From Reclinomonas americana ATCC 50394 (Eukaryota), in contig PS015009.1 of assembly GCA_048213135.1 (NCBI GenBank), positions 186,001-250,000 of the forward strand: a DNA stretch of 64,000 nucleotides. The letters run 5' to 3'. The translations under genes were made by a program, and so were the position numbers. The notes under the pieces were generated by a model. That model was not told the DNA's origin. It worked only from the letters and a program-made list of their open reading frames with translations, and made no database searches. Position 1 is the stretch's first letter. Every line of letters begins with the position of its first letter. Positions 30,715 to 39,904 of this stretch are shown one piece after another.

Positions 30715-31905
30715 ATGGCCCAATTGTCATTTCAGCATATCGCCCCATTTTTAAGTACCCGGCAAAACAGGGGCTCCCGCCTGCTCAGTTATATAGGCCT
30801 GGGCATTGGTGTGCTGCTGCTGCTGTGTTCCATACAGCTGTACATCAACATCAACCGGTTGCTCACGAACAAGAACCCGAAGAAGGACGGTTACGATTAC
30901 ATTTCCGTAACCAAAACCATCACCAACGATAACATGACGCAGGACCATAGCTTCACTCCCGCCGATGTGCAGGAACTGAAGACCCAGTCTTTTATCGACG
31001 ACGCCACACCGTTGATCGGCAATAAATTTCTGGTGAAAGCTACTGGCGGTTCAGCCGTACCCTTCAGCGCCGATATGTTTTTGGAATCGATAGATGAAAA
31101 ATTCATAGACACCGTGCCTGCTGCTTTTAAATGGCAGGAAGGACAGGACCTCATCCCCGTGATCATGTCATCCGATTACCTCGAACTCTACAATACTGTA
31201 TTCGCCCCCAGCCGCGACCTGCCGCAGATATCCCCTGCCGGCATTTCCGCCATTATCGTGCAACTGGAACTCTATGGTCCCAACGGACCACAGACCTTCC
31301 GCGGTAACGTAGTCGCACTCAGCGACCGCATCAACTCCGTATTGGTGCCCCCCAACTTCCTCAGCTGGGCCAACAAACGTTTCGGCAATACCGACCATGC
31401 CAGTCCGGCCCGGGTATTCCTTAAAACAAAGGATGCCAACAACCCGCAACTCCTCAGCTTCCTGGAGAGCAAACATTACAGCATCAATAAAGACAAAACA
31501 AAATTCGGCCGGGTGAAACAGGTACTGCAGGGCATTGTCAGCGGCCTCGCCGGCTTCGGCGTACTGGTAATACTGCTGGCCATGGTGCTGTTCTCCTTTT
31601 ACCTGCAACTGATGATTGCCCGCAGCCGGGAGAACCTGCAACTCCTCCTCACCATTGGCTACTCACCCAAATGGCTGAGCCGTACTGTTTCCAAAAAATG
31701 GATACCCATTTACACCTTCGTAGTACTGGGCGCACTGGCCATTACCGCCGCGCTGCACTGGGCCTTCGGGCATTTCATCATCCACGATGCCGGTAATCTT
31801 TCTCCTTTTGTGCATTGGGTGGTGATTGCGGTGGCGGTGGTGTTGCTGCTGATGAGTGTGTGGATTAATTACAGGCTGGTGAAGAAGTTGTTGTACAAAT
31901 TATAA
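30715..31905 (+). CDS. FtsX-like ABC permease
   Basis: One N-terminal TM, a periplasmic domain and three C-terminal TMs; follows the ATPase. Confidence 0.8.
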   Translation: MAQLSFQHIAPFLSTRQNRGSRLLSYIGLGIGVLLLLCSIQLYININRLLTNKNPKKDGYDYISVTKTITNDNMTQDHSFTPADVQELKTQSFIDDATPLIGNKFLVKATGGSAVPFSADMFLESIDEKFIDTVPAAFKWQEGQDLIPVIMSSDYLELYNTVFAPSRDLPQISPAGISAIIVQLELYGPNGPQTFRGNVVALSDRINSVLVPPNFLSWANKRFGNTDHASPARVFLKTKDANNPQLLSFLESKHYSINKDKTKFGRVKQVLQGIVSGLAGFGVLVILLAMVLFSFYLQLMIARSRENLQLLLTIGYSPKWLSRTVSKKWIPIYTFVVLGALAITAALHWAFGHFIIHDAGNLSPFVHWVVIAVAVVLLLMSVWINYRLVKKLLYKL

Positions 31906-31983
31906 AGTCAAAATTCAAAAGTAAAAATGGGAGCAGGAGGAATAACGTTTCTGCAATCGACTTCCCTAAAATAAGGATAATAG

Positions 31984-32015
31984 AAAAGGAGCCCTGGTTA
32001 GCAGGGCTCCTTTTT
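31984..32015. terminator. Bidirectional terminator at the left edge of the AT-rich island
   Basis: AAAAGGAGCCCTG-GTTAG-CAGGGCTCCTTTTT between convergent genes. Confidence 0.8.
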
Positions 32016-32028
32016 AGTACTATATAAC

Positions 32029-32763
32029 TTACTCTTTCCCATACTGTACTTCCATCTTCTTACAAAACTCAATAACCGCTGCCCCATTGTTACCAACAGG
32101 AGGTCGCAGCAGCTCCCACGAAGCTTTACGAAACTTATTGATCTCTTTCGCATTTTTGGAACTGTCCTTTGCCAATATTATTTCAATCCTTGACAATTTA
32201 GAATGATTAACAGAATCCTGATATTTTGAAAGTGAAAATGGAAGGTCGTCCAATGACCTGTCGAAGTACAGGTATAGTGAATCCAATCCGGTCATGTGTG
32301 AACTATAACGTTTAATAAAGACATCCTTTGAAATATCGACCTTATTAGAAAACGCTGATTGCTTTAGTACTTCATTCAATATCGAAGCAACATGACGAGT
32401 TTTCAGGAATGAATCAACGCTAACCCTTTTTTCAGCATTATCCTGCAGGTAATCCACTTTAAAGCCCACAGGCTTGCTGGTATCATAGCCGAAATAAGTA
32501 ACCGTAGTAGAATCAGTAATGAATTCACCGCTATCCAGAAAATGGCCTTTCACAAAAGGAGTTTCATATATTCTGTATTTCCCATAATAATAAATGCAGC
32601 TGCTATCCATTGCTACAAATGCGGAGTCATCAGTATATAAAGCCGGAATTTTATATACAACACAAACCTTCATAAGGGCTGGCTTATTTGTACCGGCATT
32701 TTTAAGAGAGCATTGACACAGGGCAAGAATAAATAGGCCTATGAGTGCAGGGTACTTTGTCAT
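32029..32763 (-). CDS. Hypothetical lipoprotein
   Basis: 244-aa ORF; N-terminal hydrophobic stretch ending in LCQC; AT-rich. Confidence 0.7.
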   Translation of the reverse strand: MTKYPALIGLFILALCQCSLKNAGTNKPALMKVCVVYKIPALYTDDSAFVAMDSSCIYYYGKYRIYETPFVKGHFLDSGEFITDSTTVTYFGYDTSKPVGFKVDYLQDNAEKRVSVDSFLKTRHVASILNEVLKQSAFSNKVDISKDVFIKRYSSHMTGLDSLYLYFDRSLDDLPFSLSKYQDSVNHSKLSRIEIILAKDSSKNAKEINKFRKASWELLRPPVGNNGAAVIEFCKKMEVQYGKE

Positions 32764-32810
32764 AAGTTAATCTATCAATTATTTTTTAACCCGTAAATCT
32801 GGTTCTCACT

Positions 32811-33362
32811 TTATTTTATTATCTCGAATGAAATCGGAAATCCCATATCATGCGGAAGGTCCAGAATGCCAAAGTGATATTTATACTCGTTAAAAAGCAA
32901 ATCTACATTATCCCTGAATGGAGGGCCATCGATCCGCTGTCGCTCGAATGTCGTATCAAATACTATCGTTCCAAGAACAATACTTGCTGTGTCTGTTCGG
33001 CCTCTCCAATTCTTGTCTGTAAGAACCCCTGCAGTTCTCCTGCATTGCAACAGGTCTTTACCTAAATCAGGATTTCTCCATCTCATACCCTGAAAATAGA
33101 CCAGGAGTACCTCATTATTATTCTCTATCAATGATTGCTTTATAAGTGAGTCAAAACCCGCATTTTGCAAAAGAGATTTGTCTTTTACCGGTAAAAAAAT
33201 TACGTCCTGGGGAATTCCGGTATTCTGCTGATCTCCAATGTCAGATTGGTAATAAATGAGTACCCCTGAAACCTTATTCAGTTTCCGGTTCTGTGCATTT
33301 GCATAGTTTATAAAAACAGACGATGACATAAAAAGACAGAAAAACAGTTTTTTTAATAACAT
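32811..33362 (-). CDS. Hypothetical secreted protein (candidate immunity protein)
   Basis: Signal peptide ending ANA-Q; overlaps the stop of the upstream gene. Confidence 0.65.
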   Translation of the reverse strand: MLLKKLFFCLFMSSSVFINYANAQNRKLNKVSGVLIYYQSDIGDQQNTGIPQDVIFLPVKDKSLLQNAGFDSLIKQSLIENNNEVLLVYFQGMRWRNPDLGKDLLQCRRTAGVLTDKNWRGRTDTASIVLGTIVFDTTFERQRIDGPPFRDNVDLLFNEYKYHFGILDLPHDMGFPISFEIIK

Positions 33363-34543
33363 GCTGAGTAAGGAATTGCAGGTACAGGATTAGCCGGGCT
33401 TTCAGAGCCATAACGAGAAATTCTACCTTTATTCTGTGTAAGTTCCATCATTCTAATATTTGCCCGCTGTACCCAATATTGCTGAAGCTGCCCAGCAGTC
33501 ATTGTAGTATGAGTTTTGAAATATTCCCTCATATCATATTCCGCCATATTTAGAGCATCAGCAGAAATTGCCTTTGCCGTATTCTGGGAATATACAAGTT
33601 GACCATTCACATTGTAGTAGGGCAATCCAAAATATAATTGAGGGATATTAACCATTACAGCATGACTTCCGCTACCATTCAAATATACCACATTACAGTA
33701 GATGTTGGTCAATTCAGCTTCCTGCCATAAATTATTGGTAGTAACTGATACAAAACTAAAATTAGCCGGACAAGTATACTCGTCATCAGGTTCCCATGAA
33801 ATGATTGTACCTCCATTATTTCCACCACCACCGGTACTTCCTCCTGTGCCACCCGTACCTCCCGTTCCTCCTTCCTCCGGGCAATCGCCACATTCTGTAT
33901 AAACATAAACTTCGCTTATTATTACCCCGGTTTCAGGATTATAAGTAACATCCCACCATTCAATACACTCGCCGTATGCCAATGGAACTAATGAAGACGC
34001 CTCATACACTTTATCATTTTGCTTCATCACTAATTTGTGTGCTTCATTGGTACCCAGACCATCTTTATAATTTTGGCTGGATATTAGGTTGTATCCTATA
34101 TCATATTTGAAAATGGTTCCGGTGAAATCTGCCGGGGGCATGCCGGTAAAAGTCGTGAGTGTTTTTTTGTTATCTGATACTACATAATAGTAAACCCCTC
34201 CTGTTATTACGCCTGCCGCATTTTGTTGAGTAGATAGAAATTTGTGGGCTTTTCCGGGAACATTAATATCCATATCCCCTATTTCGACAGGTGTAGAATA
34301 ACTGTTTGATGACGAGTAGAAAGCAGTTTTATTCCATTGCAGCACTCCTTCGCGGGCATCCTCTAATTTCGGGAGATGAATAGCCCGACCCGTTATAGAA
34401 TTGTTTTGATTTTGAAACCAGGTCTGTATTTTCCGGACACCTAAGTTGTCTGGAATTTCAGGTTGTTCTTTGGATGTATCCTTTTTGCATGCACTTAGGG
34501 CTATAGCTATCCCCACAGCTATACCGATAATTTTTGTTTTCAT
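33353..34543 (-). CDS. Hypothetical lipoprotein with a Gly-rich linker and a distinct C-terminal domain
   Basis: Lipobox LSAC-KKD; CIEWWDV..TECGDCPEEGGTGGTGGTGGSTGGGGNNGG linker. Confidence 0.75.
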   Translation of the reverse strand: MKTKIIGIAVGIAIALSACKKDTSKEQPEIPDNLGVRKIQTWFQNQNNSITGRAIHLPKLEDAREGVLQWNKTAFYSSSNSYSTPVEIGDMDINVPGKAHKFLSTQQNAAGVITGGVYYYVVSDNKKTLTTFTGMPPADFTGTIFKYDIGYNLISSQNYKDGLGTNEAHKLVMKQNDKVYEASSLVPLAYGECIEWWDVTYNPETGVIISEVYVYTECGDCPEEGGTGGTGGTGGSTGGGGNNGGTIISWEPDDEYTCPANFSFVSVTTNNLWQEAELTNIYCNVVYLNGSGSHAVMVNIPQLYFGLPYYNVNGQLVYSQNTAKAISADALNMAEYDMREYFKTHTTMTAGQLQQYWVQRANIRMMELTQNKGRISRYGSESPANPVPAIPYSACY

Positions 34544-34897
34544 AAGTGTACCGTTTATTTGATGATAAAATGGGCGTGGAAAAGAGAAAGGGCCGGTTTG
34601 TTTCGTTAAAGGAACGCCAAATGTATTACAATCTTCGTGACAACGAATACCACAAAACGACCATCTTACTTTGTGAAATCACATGTTCCAAATTTCCTCA
34701 TGTTAGAATGTCATAAAATCTCGCAAGGTATTCCAACTGTACACTTTTGTACAAAAACCCTAAAACATTGAACAGCAGCAAGTTTTAACGAAAAATAAAA
34801 TCTCTTTTTTACAACCAGTAGCCGCTTTTATAAGTCTATGATAATGCGGTGGATAATAAGCCGCAATAATTATTGTACCTATAAAAATTACCGTATT

Positions 34898-35398
34898 ATG
34901 CCGATAAACAATTTATCGCAGCACCAGGTTGATCCCAAACAGGCGCAGAGCCTCCTTAGCCAGTTACAAACCGTACTGGACACCCTTAATCCCCTCGGGC
35001 GCAACCTTACACCCGAAGAACGCCAGCAGTATGGCAGTATTAATGAACGCAACAAACTCATCACCGGCAAGGCGCTTGATTTTCATACGCAGCAGCCCGG
35101 GTTGCAGAGCCCCGATGTGGATTGGAACGTTTTTGACGCTAGCTGGCAAACCCGCAGCACCCTGGCAGCCATTGAAAGCCTTTGCCAGAGTATTATTGAA
35201 GTAGCGTCTGACACCAGGATCATTCACGATTACGACCTGTACCAAATGACCCTTACCGATTACGACTACACCAAGTACAAGGCCAGCAGCACCACCGCGG
35301 CGGGTGGGTTTACCACCAAATTTGAGGAGATGAGACAGTTTTTTCCCAATCCGAGCGGTGCCAATTCACCCAAAGAGGAAGCGCCTGAAACAAAGTAA
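34898..35398 (+). CDS. Uncharacterised alpha-helical protein upstream of the palindrome array
   Basis: 166-aa ORF (MPINNL..NLTPEERQQYGSINERNKL..SPDVDW..YDYTKYKA..QFFP) followed by a terminator. Confidence 0.8.
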   Translation: MPINNLSQHQVDPKQAQSLLSQLQTVLDTLNPLGRNLTPEERQQYGSINERNKLITGKALDFHTQQPGLQSPDVDWNVFDASWQTRSTLAAIESLCQSIIEVASDTRIIHDYDLYQMTLTDYDYTKYKASSTTAAGGFTTKFEEMRQFFPNPSGANSPKEEAPETK

Positions 35399-35416
35399 TT
35401 GTATAGTTCAATTGTT

Positions 35417-35442
35417 AAGCCCACCGATTGGTGGGCTTTTTT
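35417..35442 (+). terminator. Rho-independent terminator
   Basis: AAGCCCACC-GATT-GGTGGGCTTTTTT. Confidence 0.85.
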
Positions 35443-35463
35443 GTGCCTCGTCAAACCAATATA

Positions 35464-35729
35464 AACCTAACCGCGATAGGTTAATAACCTAACCAGGATA
35501 CGTTACCTAACCTAACCGGGATAGGTCAGCAATCTAACTAGGATACGTTACCCAACCTAACCGGGATAGGTCAATAACCTATCTAGGATACGTTACCTAA
35601 TCTAACTTGGATAGGTTTGTAACCTAACTAGGATAGGTTACCCAACCTAACCTGGATAGGTTTGTAACCTAACTAGGATACGTTACCCAACCTAACCGGG
35701 ATAGGTCAGTAACCTAACCAGGATAGGTT
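35464..35729. repeat. Array of 12 x 19-bp imperfect palindromes (consensus AACCTAACYNGGATASGTY) with alternating 3- and 4-bp linkers
   Basis: Units start at 35464, 35486, 35509, 35531, 35554, 35576, 35599, 35621, 35644, 35666, 35689 and 35711. Confidence 0.95.
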
Positions 35730-35749
35730 TATATGGCTTTTAAAGATGA

Positions 35750-35971
35750 CTATTCAGGGTCCTGCTCCACGGTAATAACAAGCCGGCGGTTTTCGCACTG
35801 CACGTTCAGGATTTGCCCGCCGGTGAAACCGGTTTGCTGCAGCCATTTGCCGGTAAGGAGTATGACGGGGAAGGTGGCACAAGGCCTGGCCAAATTGTTA
35901 CGATCGAAATGTTTGTTACAAACCGTAAGCCGGCGGCCCCGGAGGGGTGCTTTGTCTTTTGCTGTTTTCAT
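35750..35971 (-). CDS. symE: SymE-family toxin-like protein
   Basis: 73 aa with FPVILLTGKWLQQTGFTGGQILNV..RLVIT, matching the SymE P-x-I-x-L-x-G-x-WL-x3-GF pattern. Confidence 0.75.
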   Translation of the reverse strand: MKTAKDKAPLRGRRLTVCNKHFDRNNLARPCATFPVILLTGKWLQQTGFTGGQILNVQCENRRLVITVEQDPE

Positions 35972-36107
35972 GGGTATGATTTTTTGTAAAGAAACTCCTG
36001 CCCGGGCCGATAAACTACCGCACACCCATGTATTGCACAAACCCGCACCCGTATTTTACACGGAAATGGTTAACTTTCAGCGATCAAAAACCAAATACAT
36101 TTGTACC

Positions 36108-36506
36108 ATGACAGCTAGCAACCGCACCATACACCAGGGCCGCAACGTAAAGCGTTTTCGTGAAATGCTGGGCATAAAACAGGATGCCCTTGCCGCCGAC
36201 CTGGGCGACGACTGGAACCAGCAAAGGGTCTCGCTGCTGGAGCAGAAGGAAGCTATTGACGACCGGTTGTTGCAGCAACTTTCCGACGCCCTTAAGATAC
36301 CGGTGGAGGCAATTAAGAGTTTTGATGAAGAGCAGGCAGTGAATGTGATTGCCAATACATTCGGTGATAATGCCTGTGTAGCAAATCCCAACTCTACTTT
36401 TAATTTTAATCCTATTGATAAAATGGTTGAACTGTATGAAAGGATAATCCAGCAGCAAAAGGAAATGATTGATAAGCTGGAGAGGTTGTTGGAAAAGGGG
36501 AAATAA
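36108..36506 (+). CDS. XRE-family helix-turn-helix transcriptional regulator
   Basis: IHQGRNVKRFREMLGIKQDALA..WNQQRVSLLEQKE..FNPIDKMVELYER; TACATTTG box just upstream of the ATG. Confidence 0.9.
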   Translation: MTASNRTIHQGRNVKRFREMLGIKQDALAADLGDDWNQQRVSLLEQKEAIDDRLLQQLSDALKIPVEAIKSFDEEQAVNVIANTFGDNACVANPNSTFNFNPIDKMVELYERIIQQQKEMIDKLERLLEKGK

Positions 36507-36527
36507 CCCATCCTTATTAAATATTAT

Positions 36528-36556
36528 AAAAAAGTCGCATAAATATGCGGCTTTTT
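36528..36556 (+). terminator. Rho-independent terminator
   Basis: AAAAAAGTCGCAT-AAAT-ATGCGGCTTTTT. Confidence 0.7.
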
Positions 36557-36798
36557 GTTTATGTTTAGTGTGCCCTTAAATCCGATGCCTGTTAATCTCC
36601 ACGAAGGTGAAGTTTTGCCAAAAGCTATGTTTTAACATTTAATTGAGTTTCGTAAATACAGTAAGAATTGAGTGTATTGGCGAAATGGGATTTCGTCAAT
36701 ACACGAGTTGTACGCAACCAATATGCGACACCCGTTCAATTTGAAGGTTAAAAATTTGCAACCTAATAAATATTCAATCACATATTAAACCAGTTGTT

Positions 36799-37758
36799 AT
36801 GAAAAGTTTCATCTACCCCTTATTTATTTTATTAGCAGTAACGCTATTGGTTGGATGTGACACAAAATTACCAGAAGAAGCAAAACAATCTTTTTCTAGT
36901 AGTAATACTTTTACAAATCCAATATTATTACCAGTTCCTACACCTGATAAAAACAGTAGTTATGAAAATATTATTAATAACCCTACTATTGTGGACAATA
37001 GCTTTATACCACAAGTATATGTTTCGGTTAATGAAAATAAACCTGCGTTAGATTACGATAAAAATTTGTTGTCTTTTTTAATCAACATGAAATATCTTGA
37101 AATTAAATCTGCTCAACAGACAACGGTTAACCGTTTTGGACAAGAAACTAAAAAATTCAATTTCGCAATTTATACATCTCTTGGAGAAAAATTATTAATT
37201 ATGTCTAATGACCAAAATTCAAAGTATAATTTAAAAGTAGGGACAAGGGTCATAAAGACAATAACAAACGAAACGTCAACAAAACAAGATATTAATGGCA
37301 CATCTGTAAGAATATACCCAACAAAATTTACGTATTCAATAGAGCCGGTAATAGAAGGATTTGATGATTTAAAGAACAAAGTTTTTAATGGTGAAGTGCA
37401 AATCTACAAAGACCCTGTAACAAATAACTGGAGTTTCAACAACATTATATTGAGTGATAAAAACCAAAATGAATTTCTGGATTTAATTCACTCATCCTAT
37501 CAGCCATACATGACTGCTGAAGAAATTAAAAATAGTAGAGTGGATAGAGTTCGAGCAAGGTACCCGTGTTTAAATGAGAATTCACAATTTATAGACGATA
37601 CTCATTTTATAGGATATTTTGCACCAACTTATACTGGTGCAGTCTATACATTAAATATGACTTATGTTGAAGCGACGGGAGGATTAACAGTAGACAACTC
37701 CAACAATGAACCATTTGATTGTAACAATGCAGCACGATTTGTAATAAAAGTAAATTAA
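36799..37758 (+). CDS. Hypothetical lipoprotein (AT-rich, cassette-like)
   Basis: Lipobox LVGC; 319-aa ORF. Confidence 0.75.
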   Translation: MKSFIYPLFILLAVTLLVGCDTKLPEEAKQSFSSSNTFTNPILLPVPTPDKNSSYENIINNPTIVDNSFIPQVYVSVNENKPALDYDKNLLSFLINMKYLEIKSAQQTTVNRFGQETKKFNFAIYTSLGEKLLIMSNDQNSKYNLKVGTRVIKTITNETSTKQDINGTSVRIYPTKFTYSIEPVIEGFDDLKNKVFNGEVQIYKDPVTNNWSFNNIILSDKNQNEFLDLIHSSYQPYMTAEEIKNSRVDRVRARYPCLNENSQFIDDTHFIGYFAPTYTGAVYTLNMTYVEATGGLTVDNSNNEPFDCNNAARFVIKVN

Positions 37759-37777
37759 TACCATTCAAATATGGCAT

Positions 37778-37858
37778 GCGTACAACATTGGTATTGCTGC
37801 AAGTGGGGCTGGACGTTATAGAACATCCCACCTGCAGCAATACCCGCCCGTTGTACGC
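37778..37858. repeat. attC-like palindromic site
   Basis: GCGTACAAC..GTTGTACGC outer boxes enclose a GGTATTGCTGCA/TGCAGCAATACC inner stem. Confidence 0.6.
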
Positions 37859-37915
37859 TATGCTTTTTGAGCATCCAATTCTAATTGGAAATACATAAAT
37901 TCATACCTTTAAAAT

Positions 37916-38773
37916 ATGAGTGACTCAATTGTAAAAAACAAATTATCAAAAAACATTACTTCCCTTAGTTTTGAAAAAGAGGATTTAAAAAGATTATTGG
38001 ATATCCTGCAGGTTAGAGCAGATTTTGCAGGAGAATTAGAATACCAATTTTTGGCAGAAAGGAATAGTGAAAATCTTGAAAATATTAGAAGAGATATTAC
38101 ACTTTGCAAACCTCTAAAGATTACTATAAAGGGAAGTCAAAGTGAAGAACTCTTCGGAACAATTGAAGATGTCTTTAGTTCGGTTTCATTCCCCGAGACA
38201 GTAACTACTATTTTTCTTAATAGTGATTTGAACTACCGCTCATATTTTAAATACTACCCACAAAATTCATTTCAATTACTTATTGATTTCACGAAACCAA
38301 CAATTTTTGACTTTAGCTTTCAAGCCAATGAAAAAACTCCAAATGACTCACTGTTTTTAGTAGAAGGCTTTGACAGTACATGGGTAAATGGCGTTTTTCA
38401 TGAAATTGACTCTTTCATTAAAAACAAGCCCTCAAAATTCCCGAAAGTTCACAATGGAAGTATATACGACCTCTTGGTTTGGTTTTTAGGAATACCATTC
38501 GGCTTTTGGATGAGTTTCAAAATCATTAATTGCGATTTCTCAATTTTTAATGACCATCCATTTTTAGAAAATGTCTTTCTAACCTACATATTCTTTTTGA
38601 GTTTATTTATCCTTCGCATTATTTTTCACTATTTTCGATGGGTATTCCCAATGGTTGAATATTTGACAAAAAAAGGGAGATCTTTTAAACACCAGGCAGC
38701 ATTGTTAACAATTAGCCTAGGCCTAATAGGTAAATTCTTGTATGACCTCGTCAAACTTTCTTTCTTCTCATAA
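37916..38773 (+). CDS. Hypothetical membrane protein with about 3 C-terminal TM helices (AT-rich, cassette-like)
   Basis: 285-aa ORF with a soluble N-terminal part and a hydrophobic C-terminal part. Confidence 0.75.
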   Translation: MSDSIVKNKLSKNITSLSFEKEDLKRLLDILQVRADFAGELEYQFLAERNSENLENIRRDITLCKPLKITIKGSQSEELFGTIEDVFSSVSFPETVTTIFLNSDLNYRSYFKYYPQNSFQLLIDFTKPTIFDFSFQANEKTPNDSLFLVEGFDSTWVNGVFHEIDSFIKNKPSKFPKVHNGSIYDLLVWFLGIPFGFWMSFKIINCDFSIFNDHPFLENVFLTYIFFLSLFILRIIFHYFRWVFPMVEYLTKKGRSFKHQAALLTISLGLIGKFLYDLVKLSFFS

Positions 38774-39025
38774 ATTTGTCATAACACAGCGTACAAAATC
38801 AGGTTTTGTGCAATTGGGGCATGACGTGGAAGCAATCATCAGCAGTGCATATCCAAGCTTTAGTTTCAGCGGACGTAATTCTGCCGGGCTTTTATTAGTC
38901 AACTTTGGCTTTTATGCCGTGGTTGGTGTTTTCACCAACCATGTTTCGTCAGTATAAATAACACCCGCAGCGGCGTTAAAGTATAACTTACGAAAGCCTT
39001 CAACCAACAATTAAATTTTAAAAAA

Positions 39026-39493
39026 ATGCAAGGACAACATCATTACCAGGCAACAATTACATGGACGGGAAACAAAGGGACCGGTACAGACAATTACCGT
39101 AATTATGAAAGAAGCCATACTATTGACATTGATAATAAGGCAACAGTTTTAGGTTCGTCTGACCCGGCTTTTCGTGGCGACAATTCAAAACATAACCCGG
39201 AAGACTTATTGGTTTCGTCTTTGTCTGCTTGCCACATGCTGGTGTATTTACATTTGTGCGCTGAGGCAAAAGTAATTGTAACAGGCTACGTTGACAATGC
39301 AACAGGAATTATGGTTGAGACTTCTAATGGTGGCGGACACTTTACCGAAGTAACCCTCAACCCAACTGTTACAGTGACAGAAGAAAGCATGATAGAAAAA
39401 GCAAATGAATTGCATAAAAAAGCTAACGAACTTTGTTTTATTGCAAATTCAGTAAACTTTGCAGTCAGGCACAATCCGACAGCAAAAAATTAG
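39026..39493 (+). CDS. OsmC family protein
   Basis: SSDPAFRGD..NPEDLLVSSLSACHML..HKKANELCFIANSV. Confidence 0.9.
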   Translation: MQGQHHYQATITWTGNKGTGTDNYRNYERSHTIDIDNKATVLGSSDPAFRGDNSKHNPEDLLVSSLSACHMLVYLHLCAEAKVIVTGYVDNATGIMVETSNGGGHFTEVTLNPTVTVTEESMIEKANELHKKANELCFIANSVNFAVRHNPTAKN

Positions 39494-39655
39494 CTTTTTT
39501 GCCTTGGTTGGTGTTATCGCCAACCATCTCAAAAGGAGAAGAATGAGAACTACCACACCAGGCATTAACTTCGGCCTTATATGTAAAATAACACACTCTA
39601 CCGGAATTTTGAAACAATACCAAGAATTGGTATCTTTGAGAAAACCATAATAACA

Positions 39656-39904
39656 ATGGCAAAAAACACTTCCATCTTATTAGGAGATTATTTTGACAGT
39701 TTTATTAATGACCAGGTACAAAGCGGGCGTTTCTCTTCTGCCAGCGAAGTGGTAAGGGCTGCTTTACGGCTTTTTGAGCAGGAAGAAAATCAAAAGAATG
39801 AACTGGTAAAAGAACTCAGGAAAGGAGAAAGATCAGGGTTTGTACAAAAATTTGATCGTAAAAAATTTATCACAAACCTCCACAGCAAACATTTGCCCAA
39901 ATGA
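39656..39904 (+). CDS. parD: Type II toxin-antitoxin antitoxin, ParD family (RHH)
   Basis: MAKNTSILLGDYF..SGRFSSASEVVRAALRL. Confidence 0.88.
   Translation: MAKNTSILLGDYFDSFINDQVQSGRFSSASEVVRAALRLFEQEENQKNELVKELRKGERSGFVQKFDRKKFITNLHSKHLPK

Noticed and set aside
35464-35729. CRISPR or guide-RNA array
   Set aside because: Linkers are only 3-4 bp and recur, there are no unique spacers, and no cas-like genes are in the window.
35733-36107. 257-aa ORF as an N-terminally extended XRE protein
   Set aside because: The extension is antisense to the SymE-like gene; the HTH and a -7 box support the ATG at 36108.
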